Notes under the pieces: generated by a model | What the model was told of the DNA's origin: nothing | Database searches by the model: none | Seen by the model: only the letters and a program-made list of their open reading frames with translations | Program-made: the position numbers and the translations under genes | DNA from: an uncultured Polyangiaceae bacterium | GTDB taxonomy: Bacteria; Myxococcota_A; Polyangia; Polyangiales; Polyangiaceae | Direction: 5' to 3' | DNA: 36,502 nucleotides | Assembly: GCA_964401935.1 (NCBI GenBank) | Contig: CAYOAL010000026.1 | Coordinates: 43,722 to 80,223 of the forward strand | Shown: positions 11,505-19,308 of the stretch, piece after piece | Layout of the letters: each line of letters begins with the position of its first letter | Position numbering within the stretch: the first letter of the stretch is position 1

Positions 11505-12986
11505 TCACTCCCGTCCCGCGTTCGCAGCGGGCTCGTCGACGCGCGCCGGATCGCTGAACGGATCGAACGAGAACTGCATGTTGAGGTTCGCGAAGCCGAG
11601 CGCCTGCTGGTAGGTGCCGCCAGCGTCGGGGCCGAGCGACTTCGGGTCGGGGGGCGCGGCGGTCTTCGAGGTGCTCGTGGTGTCCCGCGGCACGTAGAAG
11701 ATCTGCGTGTAGGAGATCGCCAGGGCCCACCAGTCGGTCGCGCGAAGGCGGGCGCCGAGGGCTACGCTCACGTCGTCGAAGTCGGTGAGCGCTGGCTCCA
11801 AGGTCTCGTCGGGCACCGCGTTCGAGTCGTAGCCTACGCCGAGGAAGAGCTCGACGTCGTCGTGCACCCAGTAGCTCGCCCCCGCGCGCACGCTCACGCC
11901 CACGTCCCAGTCCCGCGGGATGTTCAGGATCACCTCGGGAGCGAGGTTGCCGTCGCCATCGCGGCACGCCTCCGCGCCCACCGCGGTGATGCACTGGTCC
12001 TCGAACAAGCTCCAGCGCGTCACGTCGCCAAACAGGCGCAGCTCCAGCTCGGTCAGCGGCTTGTAGGCCGCGCCGAGTCGAAACACGTCGGGCCACACGT
12101 GGTGCAGCTCCACCTCGCTCTCGGACACGCCGCCCGGCGTGCCGTCGTGGATCGACAGCGTGCCCTCCATCGTGATGCCGCCGAAGCCCACCGGCATCTG
12201 GTAGCTCAGGCCGAGCCGGAGCTCGTCGTTCTTGAACGGGGTGACCACGATGCCCAGCCCGAGGTGCGCGTTCACGTCCGACGCGTCCACCCACGCCCGC
12301 CCCTCGCGCGCGAGGTTGTTCGAGTTGTCGAGCACCTTGGCGCGCACGGTGTTCACCTCCGAGAAGGCCACGCCGCCCGAGAGCCCGAGATGCACCAGCT
12401 CGTGGATCGAGAACGAGAGGGCCCCCGACAGAAACATCGAGCGGAGCGTGCCGTCGATCGACCACCAGCGGTTCACCCCGTCCCGCGCTCCCGGGAACCG
12501 CGGGTGGTCGTCGAACGCCTCGTTCCGATCCCAGCTCGAGGTGCCGCCGAACGGCACGAAGAAGCCGGCGCCGAAGCCGAGGCGGTAGTCGCTCCCGAGC
12601 GGGATGTTGGCGGTGGCCCCAACCATCGGCGCGGCTACCACGTTGGTGAGCGCGGCCTTGCCGTAGTTGGCGCCGATGGCGTCGGACGCCTCGCCGTATT
12701 CGTTGTTGGAGGGGGTCGCGTCGCAGGCGCTGGGCTCGGTGGTGGGGGGGCACACCGCGGGGCGCTCGTAGGTCGCGATGCGCCACGCGAGGTTTCCATC
12801 GACGAACACGTTGATCCCCTCGCTGAGCCCGATGCCGGCCGGGTTGTAATAGATGGCGGTCGGGTTGTCGGTGGTGGGGTGGCCGTGCTCGCCGCCGAAG
12901 CGGGCGGTGCTGAGCCCCGACGCCGCCGCGTCGAGGGAGCCGCCGAGCGCGGCGGCGGCGGTGGTGGCGACGATGAGCTTCTGCAT
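11505..12986 (-). CDS. Outer-membrane beta-barrel channel of the FadL/TodX (OmpP1) family.
   Basis: Signal peptide. N-terminal segment GLSTARFGGEHGHPTTDNPTAIYYNPAGIGL, which resembles the FadL N-terminal hatch. Alternating beta-strand pattern. C-terminal aromatic-rich barrel strands. Confidence 0.6.
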   Translation of the reverse strand: MQKLIVATTAAAALGGSLDAAASGLSTARFGGEHGHPTTDNPTAIYYNPAGIGLSEGINVFVDGNLAWRIATYERPAVCPPTTEPSACDATPSNNEYGEASDAIGANYGKAALTNVVAAPMVGATANIPLGSDYRLGFGAGFFVPFGGTSSWDRNEAFDDHPRFPGARDGVNRWWSIDGTLRSMFLSGALSFSIHELVHLGLSGGVAFSEVNTVRAKVLDNSNNLAREGRAWVDASDVNAHLGLGIVVTPFKNDELRLGLSYQMPVGFGGITMEGTLSIHDGTPGGVSESEVELHHVWPDVFRLGAAYKPLTELELRLFGDVTRWSLFEDQCITAVGAEACRDGDGNLAPEVILNIPRDWDVGVSVRAGASYWVHDDVELFLGVGYDSNAVPDETLEPALTDFDDVSVALGARLRATDWWALAISYTQIFYVPRDTTSTSKTAAPPDPKSLGPDAGGTYQQALGFANLNMQFSFDPFSDPARVDEPAANAGRE

Positions 12987-13001
12987 GGCGCGCTTGCACG
13001 C

Positions 13002-13634
13002 TCAGAGGGGGTCGGCCAGATCGCCCGCGCAGTTCACCTTCGGGGGCTCGGTGAACGTGTCGAGGCTCTCCATCGTCCAGCTCGAGCCGTCGATGGACAA
13101 CATCACGGGCATGAGGATGGTGCCATTGGCCACGCCGCAGAAGTAGGCGCCAGGGCAGAGCGTGCCGAGGAGCTGCACCTCGGCCGTGAGCTCGCTGTCC
13201 GAGATCGGGTTGGTCTCGCGTGGCACGGTGATCGTGCCCCAGTCGGCTTCGAAGGTGCCATCGCTGCCCACGTCGAACGGGCCGAGGCCGAACGGCGCGC
13301 CTACCGCGGTGACCCGGTCGTCCGCGCTCAGCGGCGAGAGCTCGAGCGCAAACTGGAGACCGCTCGTTCCAGCGCTGGTGGTGAGGGTGGCGCGGAGAGG
13401 CGCGGGTTTGCCCGGGCTCTGTTTGGCCACGAGCGAGAACAGGTACTGCCCGTCGAGCTCGCCAGCCAGCGGCACGGCGCAGCCGCCGCCGACGCCCACC
13501 TGCCCGCCGGTGCCCATGCCGTAGATGTCGCCGTGGCGCTGCACAAAGTCGGCGAACTTCGCGTCGGGATCCGGGCAGCCGGTGAGCAGCGCGAGCGTCA
13601 CGGCCGCGCCGCCGACGAACAGCCGGCCCCTCAC
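13002..13634 (-). CDS. Hypothetical lipoprotein, first gene of a two-gene unit with the FadL-like channel.
   Basis: GTG start at 13634 with GGGGAG upstream. Lipobox LALLTGC. It ends 16 bp before the FadL-like start. Confidence 0.5.
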   Translation of the reverse strand: MRGRLFVGGAAVTLALLTGCPDPDAKFADFVQRHGDIYGMGTGGQVGVGGGCAVPLAGELDGQYLFSLVAKQSPGKPAPLRATLTTSAGTSGLQFALELSPLSADDRVTAVGAPFGLGPFDVGSDGTFEADWGTITVPRETNPISDSELTAEVQLLGTLCPGAYFCGVANGTILMPVMLSIDGSSWTMESLDTFTEPPKVNCAGDLADPL

Positions 13635-13902
13635 GCGCTCGCTCCCCACGTCGAGATCCTCACCGGAGCACTGTAACCCGTTCGTCGACGGGATGGCTGG
13701 AGCGTGACCACCGAGCCCCCCAGCATGGGGCCTGCGCTGCTCGATTGGATCGCCAGGAGTCCATGCCGAGTGCTCCAAGTTTTTAAAATCACTCGTCGTC
13801 GTCGATGAGGGTTGCCTGTGATGAACGGTATGTGCGTTGCATACATTAGGTCAGGGCGTCGCACTTCGCGCCGCCTCGCGACCTCGCGGGAACGGGAACA
13901 CC

Positions 13903-14598
13903 ATGAAACCTTGGATGATGTACGCGGCGCTCCTCATCGGCGCTGGCTGTGTCGGCTGCACGGATCCCAGCGGGGCGGGGGGAACCACGGTGGGGAGCAC
14001 CACCGGCGTCGGCGGCGGCGCGAGCGCCGGCGTGGGTGGGGCGACGACGGCGACCTCGAGCGCGACCACGTCGTCCTCGGGCCAAGGTGGCGCTACCGGC
14101 AGCACCTCCTCCGCGGGGGGTGGGGGCGGGGAAGACACCTGCGCCGATCAGGGCGTGGCCGAGGGGAACGAGACCATGGAGACGGCCACCCAGATCGCGG
14201 GCGGCAGCGACTGTGACGATCTCAGCACCCAGGGGACCATCGATGGTCCCGACGACGTCGACTGGTACCTCTACGTCCAGACCGCCGACGAGCTGGGATG
14301 CAACGTGAACCCGGCCCGCGACTGGGCCGTGTCGGCGGGGCACACCCTGCGCGTGTGCAAGTACGTCGAGTGCCAGGTCGACGGGATGTCGCCCGACACG
14401 GTCAGCTGCAACGACGGCTCCACCGCCGACACCCAAGGCGGACTCAAAGGGTGCTGTCACACCGCGCCGTTCGACGTCGGGGTGGGCCTCTTCGGCTGCG
14501 ATGGCTCCGACGACCTGTTGAACGTGTACACGCGCATCGACGAGCCCGACGCCGAGCCCGACACGTGCGCCCACTACAACTTCAACTACACCTTCTAA
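13903..14598 (+). CDS. Lipoprotein with a Gly/Ser/Thr-rich linker and a C-terminal Cys-containing PPC-like (pre-peptidase C-terminal) domain.
   Basis: Signal, MKPWMMYAALLIGAGC. Motif GTIDGPDDVDWYLYV, which resembles the PPC-domain motif D-x-D-W-Y-x-F. Eight or more Cys in the C-terminal domain. Confidence 0.55.
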   Translation: MKPWMMYAALLIGAGCVGCTDPSGAGGTTVGSTTGVGGGASAGVGGATTATSSATTSSSGQGGATGSTSSAGGGGGEDTCADQGVAEGNETMETATQIAGGSDCDDLSTQGTIDGPDDVDWYLYVQTADELGCNVNPARDWAVSAGHTLRVCKYVECQVDGMSPDTVSCNDGSTADTQGGLKGCCHTAPFDVGVGLFGCDGSDDLLNVYTRIDEPDAEPDTCAHYNFNYTF

Positions 14599-14633
14599 CC
14601 AACGCACGCTCCACCCTCGCCGCCACGAGTCCC

Positions 14634-15530
14634 ATGCAGAGAACCGTCGCCCACGTCGTCGCGAGCTTGGGCATGTTTGCCCTCCTCATCGGTGCCTGCG
14701 CCGATCCCGGCAAGAAGGTCGTCGTCGAAGGCGATCCGAACCAGGAACAAACGCCGGCCGTCGACGAGGAGGAGCCGTCCGAGGAGGAGGAGGCGGTCTG
14801 TCCTCACGTGGGCGAGCCGCTCGTGGATCCGACGGGCTTCCCCTCCTGCCCGAGCTGCAGCGCGGGCGGCGCGGCGTGCATCCCGAAGGTGCTCTTGCCC
14901 GCCGACAAGCTCGCGAGCTTCGCCGACTGCGACGCCGACAACGCCTGCGTGCCCAACATCATCATCGAGACCCGCGGCAACTTCATCCCCGACACCTGTG
15001 CGTCGGTGTTCGGCGCGGAGGGTCGCTGTCTGTCCAAGTGCCTCCCGAGCGTGGCCGCGAAGGCCGACTCCTTGCCCCAGAGCACCTGCGCGGCGAGCGA
15101 CGCCTGCGTCCCGTGCTTCGACCCGTTCACCCAGGCGCCGACGGGCGCGTGCGAGCAGTCGTGCGACCCGGGGCCCGTGGAGGAGCCGGTGGAGATCGCG
15201 AGCTGCTGCAGCGGTGACGGCGTGTGCCTGCCGAGCGAGCTGGTGGGCGACAAGGCGGATCAGCTGAGCCAGGACAACTGCGCACAGAACGAGGGCGAGC
15301 GGCTCTGCGTGCCGAACGTGTTCCTCGATCCCAACCAGAGCCCGCTGAGCTGCGTGGACGGCAACATCCTCGGCGACGGCCCGGGCGTGTGCCTGCCCCA
15401 GTGCCTCCCCGCGGTGCAAGGCCTCCTCGAGAGCTTCGTCCTCGATCAGGAGGGGTGCCCATCCAATCACCTGTGCGCACCCTGCGATCACCCCATCACC
15501 GGCAATCCCACCGGCGCCTGCGATCTCTGA
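14634..15530 (+). CDS. Cysteine-rich lipoprotein made of two tandem repeats of about 125 aa.
   Basis: Lipobox ALLIGAC. Repeated motifs in each half: CVPN, CLP-x-CLP, C-x-PC-x-P-x-TG-x-PTGAC. An acidic linker, EEEPSEEEE. Confidence 0.55.
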   Translation: MQRTVAHVVASLGMFALLIGACADPGKKVVVEGDPNQEQTPAVDEEEPSEEEEAVCPHVGEPLVDPTGFPSCPSCSAGGAACIPKVLLPADKLASFADCDADNACVPNIIIETRGNFIPDTCASVFGAEGRCLSKCLPSVAAKADSLPQSTCAASDACVPCFDPFTQAPTGACEQSCDPGPVEEPVEIASCCSGDGVCLPSELVGDKADQLSQDNCAQNEGERLCVPNVFLDPNQSPLSCVDGNILGDGPGVCLPQCLPAVQGLLESFVLDQEGCPSNHLCAPCDHPITGNPTGACDL

Positions 15531-15684
15531 CACCTCGCGCCGGCGGAGGGCGAGAGGCGCTGGCGGAGGGCGAAAGCGACCCGTGGCGCGGGGCTGCGCG
15601 GCGAGTTTCCGTGCTGCCCGCCTGCGCCGCTCATCTGCGCGCTTGCCGAGAAGCCGATAACCGCGGTAGCCATGGGCGGATCAC

Positions 15685-16593
15685 ATGACAGCGCAGCGCT
15701 CTTTGGGTTGGGTCTTGGCCGCGGTTGTTGGGCTCGGGAGCGTGGGCTGCTCCGATGAGCCGCCGGTGGCCCCCGTCGTCGTGCCACCGGTGATGGATGA
15801 TCCCATCAACCTCGTCGATCTCGCCTTCTTCCGGAAGTCGGCGGAAGACGTGATGCGCGAGCTCGTGGCTGCGCTCCCGGATCACGAGCGCACCCTCATG
15901 GAGACGGTCCCGCTGGTTACCGAAGACGAGCCCGGCTTCGTGAACGCCTTCGCCTCTTGCAAGGGCGGCAACGCCAAGATGGCCATCTCCGACGAGATGC
16001 TCCGCATTCAGGCGTTCCTCGCGCGCGCCCGCGCGACCGACGAGCTCTTCGGGACGCAGAAGTTCGACGAGTACCTGCGCTTCCTCACCGAGAACATGAA
16101 GCCCGAACAGGCCGTGCCCCACCCGCCGCAGACCTTCTTCGACGCCACCCAGGACACCGAGGCGCGCAAGGTGGCCCGCCAACACGAGCTCTTCGCGGAA
16201 GAGCTCGCGTTCGTGATGGGCCACGAGATCGCTCACCACTACCTGGGCCACACCGGCTGCGTGGGCACCCCCCACCCGCTGGTTCAGATTGGGAACCTGT
16301 TGTCCGGTCGGGTGCCCATCTTCAACCAGCCCTTCGAGCTCGCCGCCGACACCCACGGCACCCAGAACCTGCTCAACGCAGGCGCGCGTCACAGCGGCTA
16401 CAAGTGGACCGAGGGGGGGGCCACGATGACCCTCACGTTCTTTGCGTCGTTCGAGCAGCAGAGCGGCGGCGATCTGCTCTTCGCGTTCATCATGAGCCAC
16501 CCCCCGGCCAACGTGCGCATGCCGGTCGTCACCCAGGCCGCCAACAACTGGCGCGCCGCCCAGCCGCGGCCACCCATGCCCACGCCACAGTGA
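15685..16593 (+). CDS. Lipoprotein zinc metalloprotease with an HExxH motif, resembling M48/Ste24 and other gluzincin families.
   Basis: Signal with Cys, VVGLGSVGC. The motif HEIAHHYLGH is followed by conserved E residues. The antisense ORF 15631..16500 was rejected because the motif is on the plus strand. Confidence 0.55.
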   Translation: MTAQRSLGWVLAAVVGLGSVGCSDEPPVAPVVVPPVMDDPINLVDLAFFRKSAEDVMRELVAALPDHERTLMETVPLVTEDEPGFVNAFASCKGGNAKMAISDEMLRIQAFLARARATDELFGTQKFDEYLRFLTENMKPEQAVPHPPQTFFDATQDTEARKVARQHELFAEELAFVMGHEIAHHYLGHTGCVGTPHPLVQIGNLLSGRVPIFNQPFELAADTHGTQNLLNAGARHSGYKWTEGGATMTLTFFASFEQQSGGDLLFAFIMSHPPANVRMPVVTQAANNWRAAQPRPPMPTPQ

Positions 16594-16672
16594 GACCCGC
16601 CGCGCGGGAGCACCCAGTGGGCGCCACGAGATCCCACTTCGAGCTTGCGGCGCGAGGCGTTACCATCCTCTG

Positions 16673-17635
16673 GTGAGCTCTCTTCGATCGCTGCTCGCGC
16701 TGGCCTGTTGCTTGGCGGGCTGTGCGTCCATCCTGGGCATCGAGGAGGGGGAGCCGCGCGCGAGCGCGGGGGCCGAAGGTGGCGAAGGCGGCAGAGGGGG
16801 CACCGGGGACGCGGCCGCGACGACGGGACCCGGCGGGGGTACGACCTGCGAGTGCGCTCCACCCCCCGACGACGGCTGGGAGGGGCCGTCGTGTGTGGAT
16901 CTCGACGCGCAGCCCGGCGCCAGCTGCGGCGCAGCGTGGCCGACGGAGCTCGCGGCGGGCCACCACGGCGCGGTGGGCGGACCAGCCGTGTGCGGCGACT
17001 GCTCCTGCACGATCGCGACGCCGGGCAGCTGCACCGCGTCGATCGCGACTCCCACCTCTTGCGCAGCGATGGACAGCGGCACGGTGACGCTCTCGGGTTG
17101 TACGACCATCGGCCTCGCCCAGGCCGCCCGCCCGCGCGTGACCTACACGCCGGCAGCCTGTGCGGAGGGGGTGGGCGAGGTCACGTCGCGGCCGCCGGCG
17201 TTCCCGTCGTTCGCGAGGATCTGCGCGCCGGGAGAGTCGCTGGCCGCGTGCGACGACGGTCCGTGTCTGCCGCAGGTGCCGTCCTGTCGCGCCTGCATCT
17301 GGCGAGCGGGCGACGTCGGCTGCCCATTCGGCCCCTACGCCGAGCGCACGGTGCTCGCCGCCTCGTTCGACGACGAGCGCGGGTGCTCCTGCAGCTGCGA
17401 GACCGCCACCGGGAGCTGCGTGGGCTACGCCTTCGAGGTGTGCTCGACGAACTGCACCGGCTGTCAGGCGCTCGCGGTGGACACCTGCAAGCCAGCCGAC
17501 GGCTCGCCGTGGGCGACGGCACAGCTCACCGCGACCGGCACGGTGTCGGGGGAGACGTGTGGCGCCGAGCCGCCCGTGGCGATGGGCTCGGTGGAGAACA
17601 CCGCGCCCATCACCGTGTGCTGCGTGGCCGAATAG
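16673..17635 (+). CDS. Cysteine-rich lipoprotein with about 30 Cys and a Gly-rich linker.
   Basis: GTG start. Lipobox LALACCLAGC. High Cys density with CxC and CxxC spacing through the mature region. Confidence 0.5.
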   Translation: MSSLRSLLALACCLAGCASILGIEEGEPRASAGAEGGEGGRGGTGDAAATTGPGGGTTCECAPPPDDGWEGPSCVDLDAQPGASCGAAWPTELAAGHHGAVGGPAVCGDCSCTIATPGSCTASIATPTSCAAMDSGTVTLSGCTTIGLAQAARPRVTYTPAACAEGVGEVTSRPPAFPSFARICAPGESLAACDDGPCLPQVPSCRACIWRAGDVGCPFGPYAERTVLAASFDDERGCSCSCETATGSCVGYAFEVCSTNCTGCQALAVDTCKPADGSPWATAQLTATGTVSGETCGAEPPVAMGSVENTAPITVCCVAE

Positions 17636-17749
17636 TGTTCACGTCGCTGTTCGGTTCGGTCGTACTCATCGACGATGCGGTCGACTTCGCGTGGGAGCGC
17701 CGTACGAACGCCACCCCTCTTCGCGGGGTCTTCGCGCGCCGCGCCTCGC

Positions 17750-18202
17750 TCAGTGCGGTGGCTCGCGGAGTGAAAGCGCTCGGTGCTTGGCGAGGCGGAG
17801 CGACAGGTAAGCGCCCAGGCCGACGGGGCCGAAGAACCAGGTGCCGAGGAGACACGGCACGATGAGGCCATGGGGAATGCTGCGCTTGCCCGCGTCGCGA
17901 GCGACCCACGCGCCGACGAAGAGGTCGAAGACCAGGTAGTGGATCCAAGCGGCGATGACGGTCTGTGGCTTGTCGAAGATCGCCATCACGCCCGCCAGGC
18001 TGAAGAAGCTCGCGTCGCCGCCGTCGCCCATGTCGGTGAAGAGCAAGAGGGCGTAGGCGACGCCGAGGAGGAGCGGCATGAGCACTGAGTGGGCCAGGCG
18101 CTCCGTCCCTCGCCAGCGGGGCGCGAACAGCAGCGAGAGCCAGGCCGGCGTGGTGCTGAAGTTGGCGATCGTGAACACGACCTCGAGGTCCATACGGTGC
18201 AT
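17750..18202 (-). CDS. Small integral membrane protein, possibly of the DUF4281/ABA4-like family.
   Basis: It is the C-terminal 151 codons of the ORF 17750..19198. ATG at 18202. Three or four predicted TM helices. The motif WIHYLVFDLFVGAW is present. The upstream part of that long ORF is antisense to a better gene. Confidence 0.5.
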   Translation of the reverse strand: MHRMDLEVVFTIANFSTTPAWLSLLFAPRWRGTERLAHSVLMPLLLGVAYALLLFTDMGDGGDASFFSLAGVMAIFDKPQTVIAAWIHYLVFDLFVGAWVARDAGKRSIPHGLIVPCLLGTWFFGPVGLGAYLSLRLAKHRALSLREPPH

Positions 18203-18295
18203 GTTCGCACGGTGTGACCGCCATGAGGCGCGCGCCAAGGCGGATGGGGAGCTAGTCGAGCAGACGACGGGCCCACCCCACGCTATCATCGCCGG

Positions 18296-19084
18296 ATGCC
18301 CCGCGCCGCGCTGCTCGCGCTGACACTGATCGCTTGCCAGGCCGCTGACGAGCAGGCTGCGGCGCCGAAGCCCGCGAAGACCGACTGGCGGACGACAGGC
18401 CCCTTCGCCGCGAAGCGCGCGGCGCTCAAGACCGCGGTGGAGACTTTTCCGGCGGACCCCTCGCCGGTGGCGCGCTGCCGGCCGGACCAGAAGGGCGTGT
18501 TGGTGCTCGCCTACAACACGGCTCGGCGGCTCTATGCTCCCACCGCACCGGACGCACCGCTGGTGGGGACCGGGCTCGGGCTCGACGTCGGCGGGAAGGA
18601 GTTCTTCCTCCAGTCGATCGAGCGCGCCGCGTGGGAGACGGCTCCTCCCGAGGACCAGAAGCGGTGGGAGAAGCCGCCCTACGAGTGGGTGACAGCGGTC
18701 GCCTTGTTCAAGCCGACAGCCGTGAAGGCGCCAGAGATGGCACACTGCCGCGAGACCCCTGCTGGCCGGTCGTGCCAGATGGTGCCCGGTGTGGTCGACG
18801 CCGAGCTCGTCGTGTTCGACGACAGCGGCAAGCCCACCTGTGCCAACAAGCTGCGTATCGAGGGGCCCATGGCGGCTCTCATCAAATCCACGGGCAAGCT
18901 CGAGGAGTACCAACGTCACGGGCTCGAGGGGATCCTCGATGCCTTCTTCTACTACGCGACCGAGAGCCCAGAGAAGGATGCTCCTTGGCGGTTCCTCTCC
19001 GTCCATCAATTCGGGACGTCGCCGACGAAGCGTTACACCGTCACCATCGATGGTGCGGTGATTCAGACCGGCACCGAGAGCTGA
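18296..19084 (+). CDS. Hypothetical lipoprotein.
   Basis: ATG start. Lipobox LALTLIAC. Balanced, non-repetitive composition. Its local GC is lower than in the flanking junk frames. Confidence 0.5.
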   Translation: MPRAALLALTLIACQAADEQAAAPKPAKTDWRTTGPFAAKRAALKTAVETFPADPSPVARCRPDQKGVLVLAYNTARRLYAPTAPDAPLVGTGLGLDVGGKEFFLQSIERAAWETAPPEDQKRWEKPPYEWVTAVALFKPTAVKAPEMAHCRETPAGRSCQMVPGVVDAELVVFDDSGKPTCANKLRIEGPMAALIKSTGKLEEYQRHGLEGILDAFFYYATESPEKDAPWRFLSVHQFGTSPTKRYTVTIDGAVIQTGTES

Positions 19085-19308
19085 GGGCCTGAGCAGCAAT
19101 CTGTGCGGCGGGGTGGAGTGAGGCGGGGCGCGGAGGCGCTGCCCCGGCGGTGGCGCATGGAGCGCTGACGAGACCGATTCTCTCGCTCGACGGCGCACTG
19201 CGCGACGCGCTGAGACACCACGCGAACCAGCGTCCTACGGACGCCGTGTCCGTGGGCTCTTCGTGGCTGGATAGTGACTCACTAAAGAGTTACGTGTAGG
19301 CTTCGGGG

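Noticed and set aside
11862-13676. A 604-aa plus-strand ORF antisense to the FadL-like gene and its lipoprotein.
   Set aside because: It has no signal or domain pattern and is His/Arg/Gly-rich. The opposite strand has a coherent signal-peptide beta-barrel protein.
16645-17865. A 406-aa ORF in an alternative frame to the Cys-rich lipoprotein gene.
   Set aside because: The frame starting at 16673 gives a canonical lipoprotein signal and a Cys-rich mature protein. The other frame is Arg/Gly-rich.
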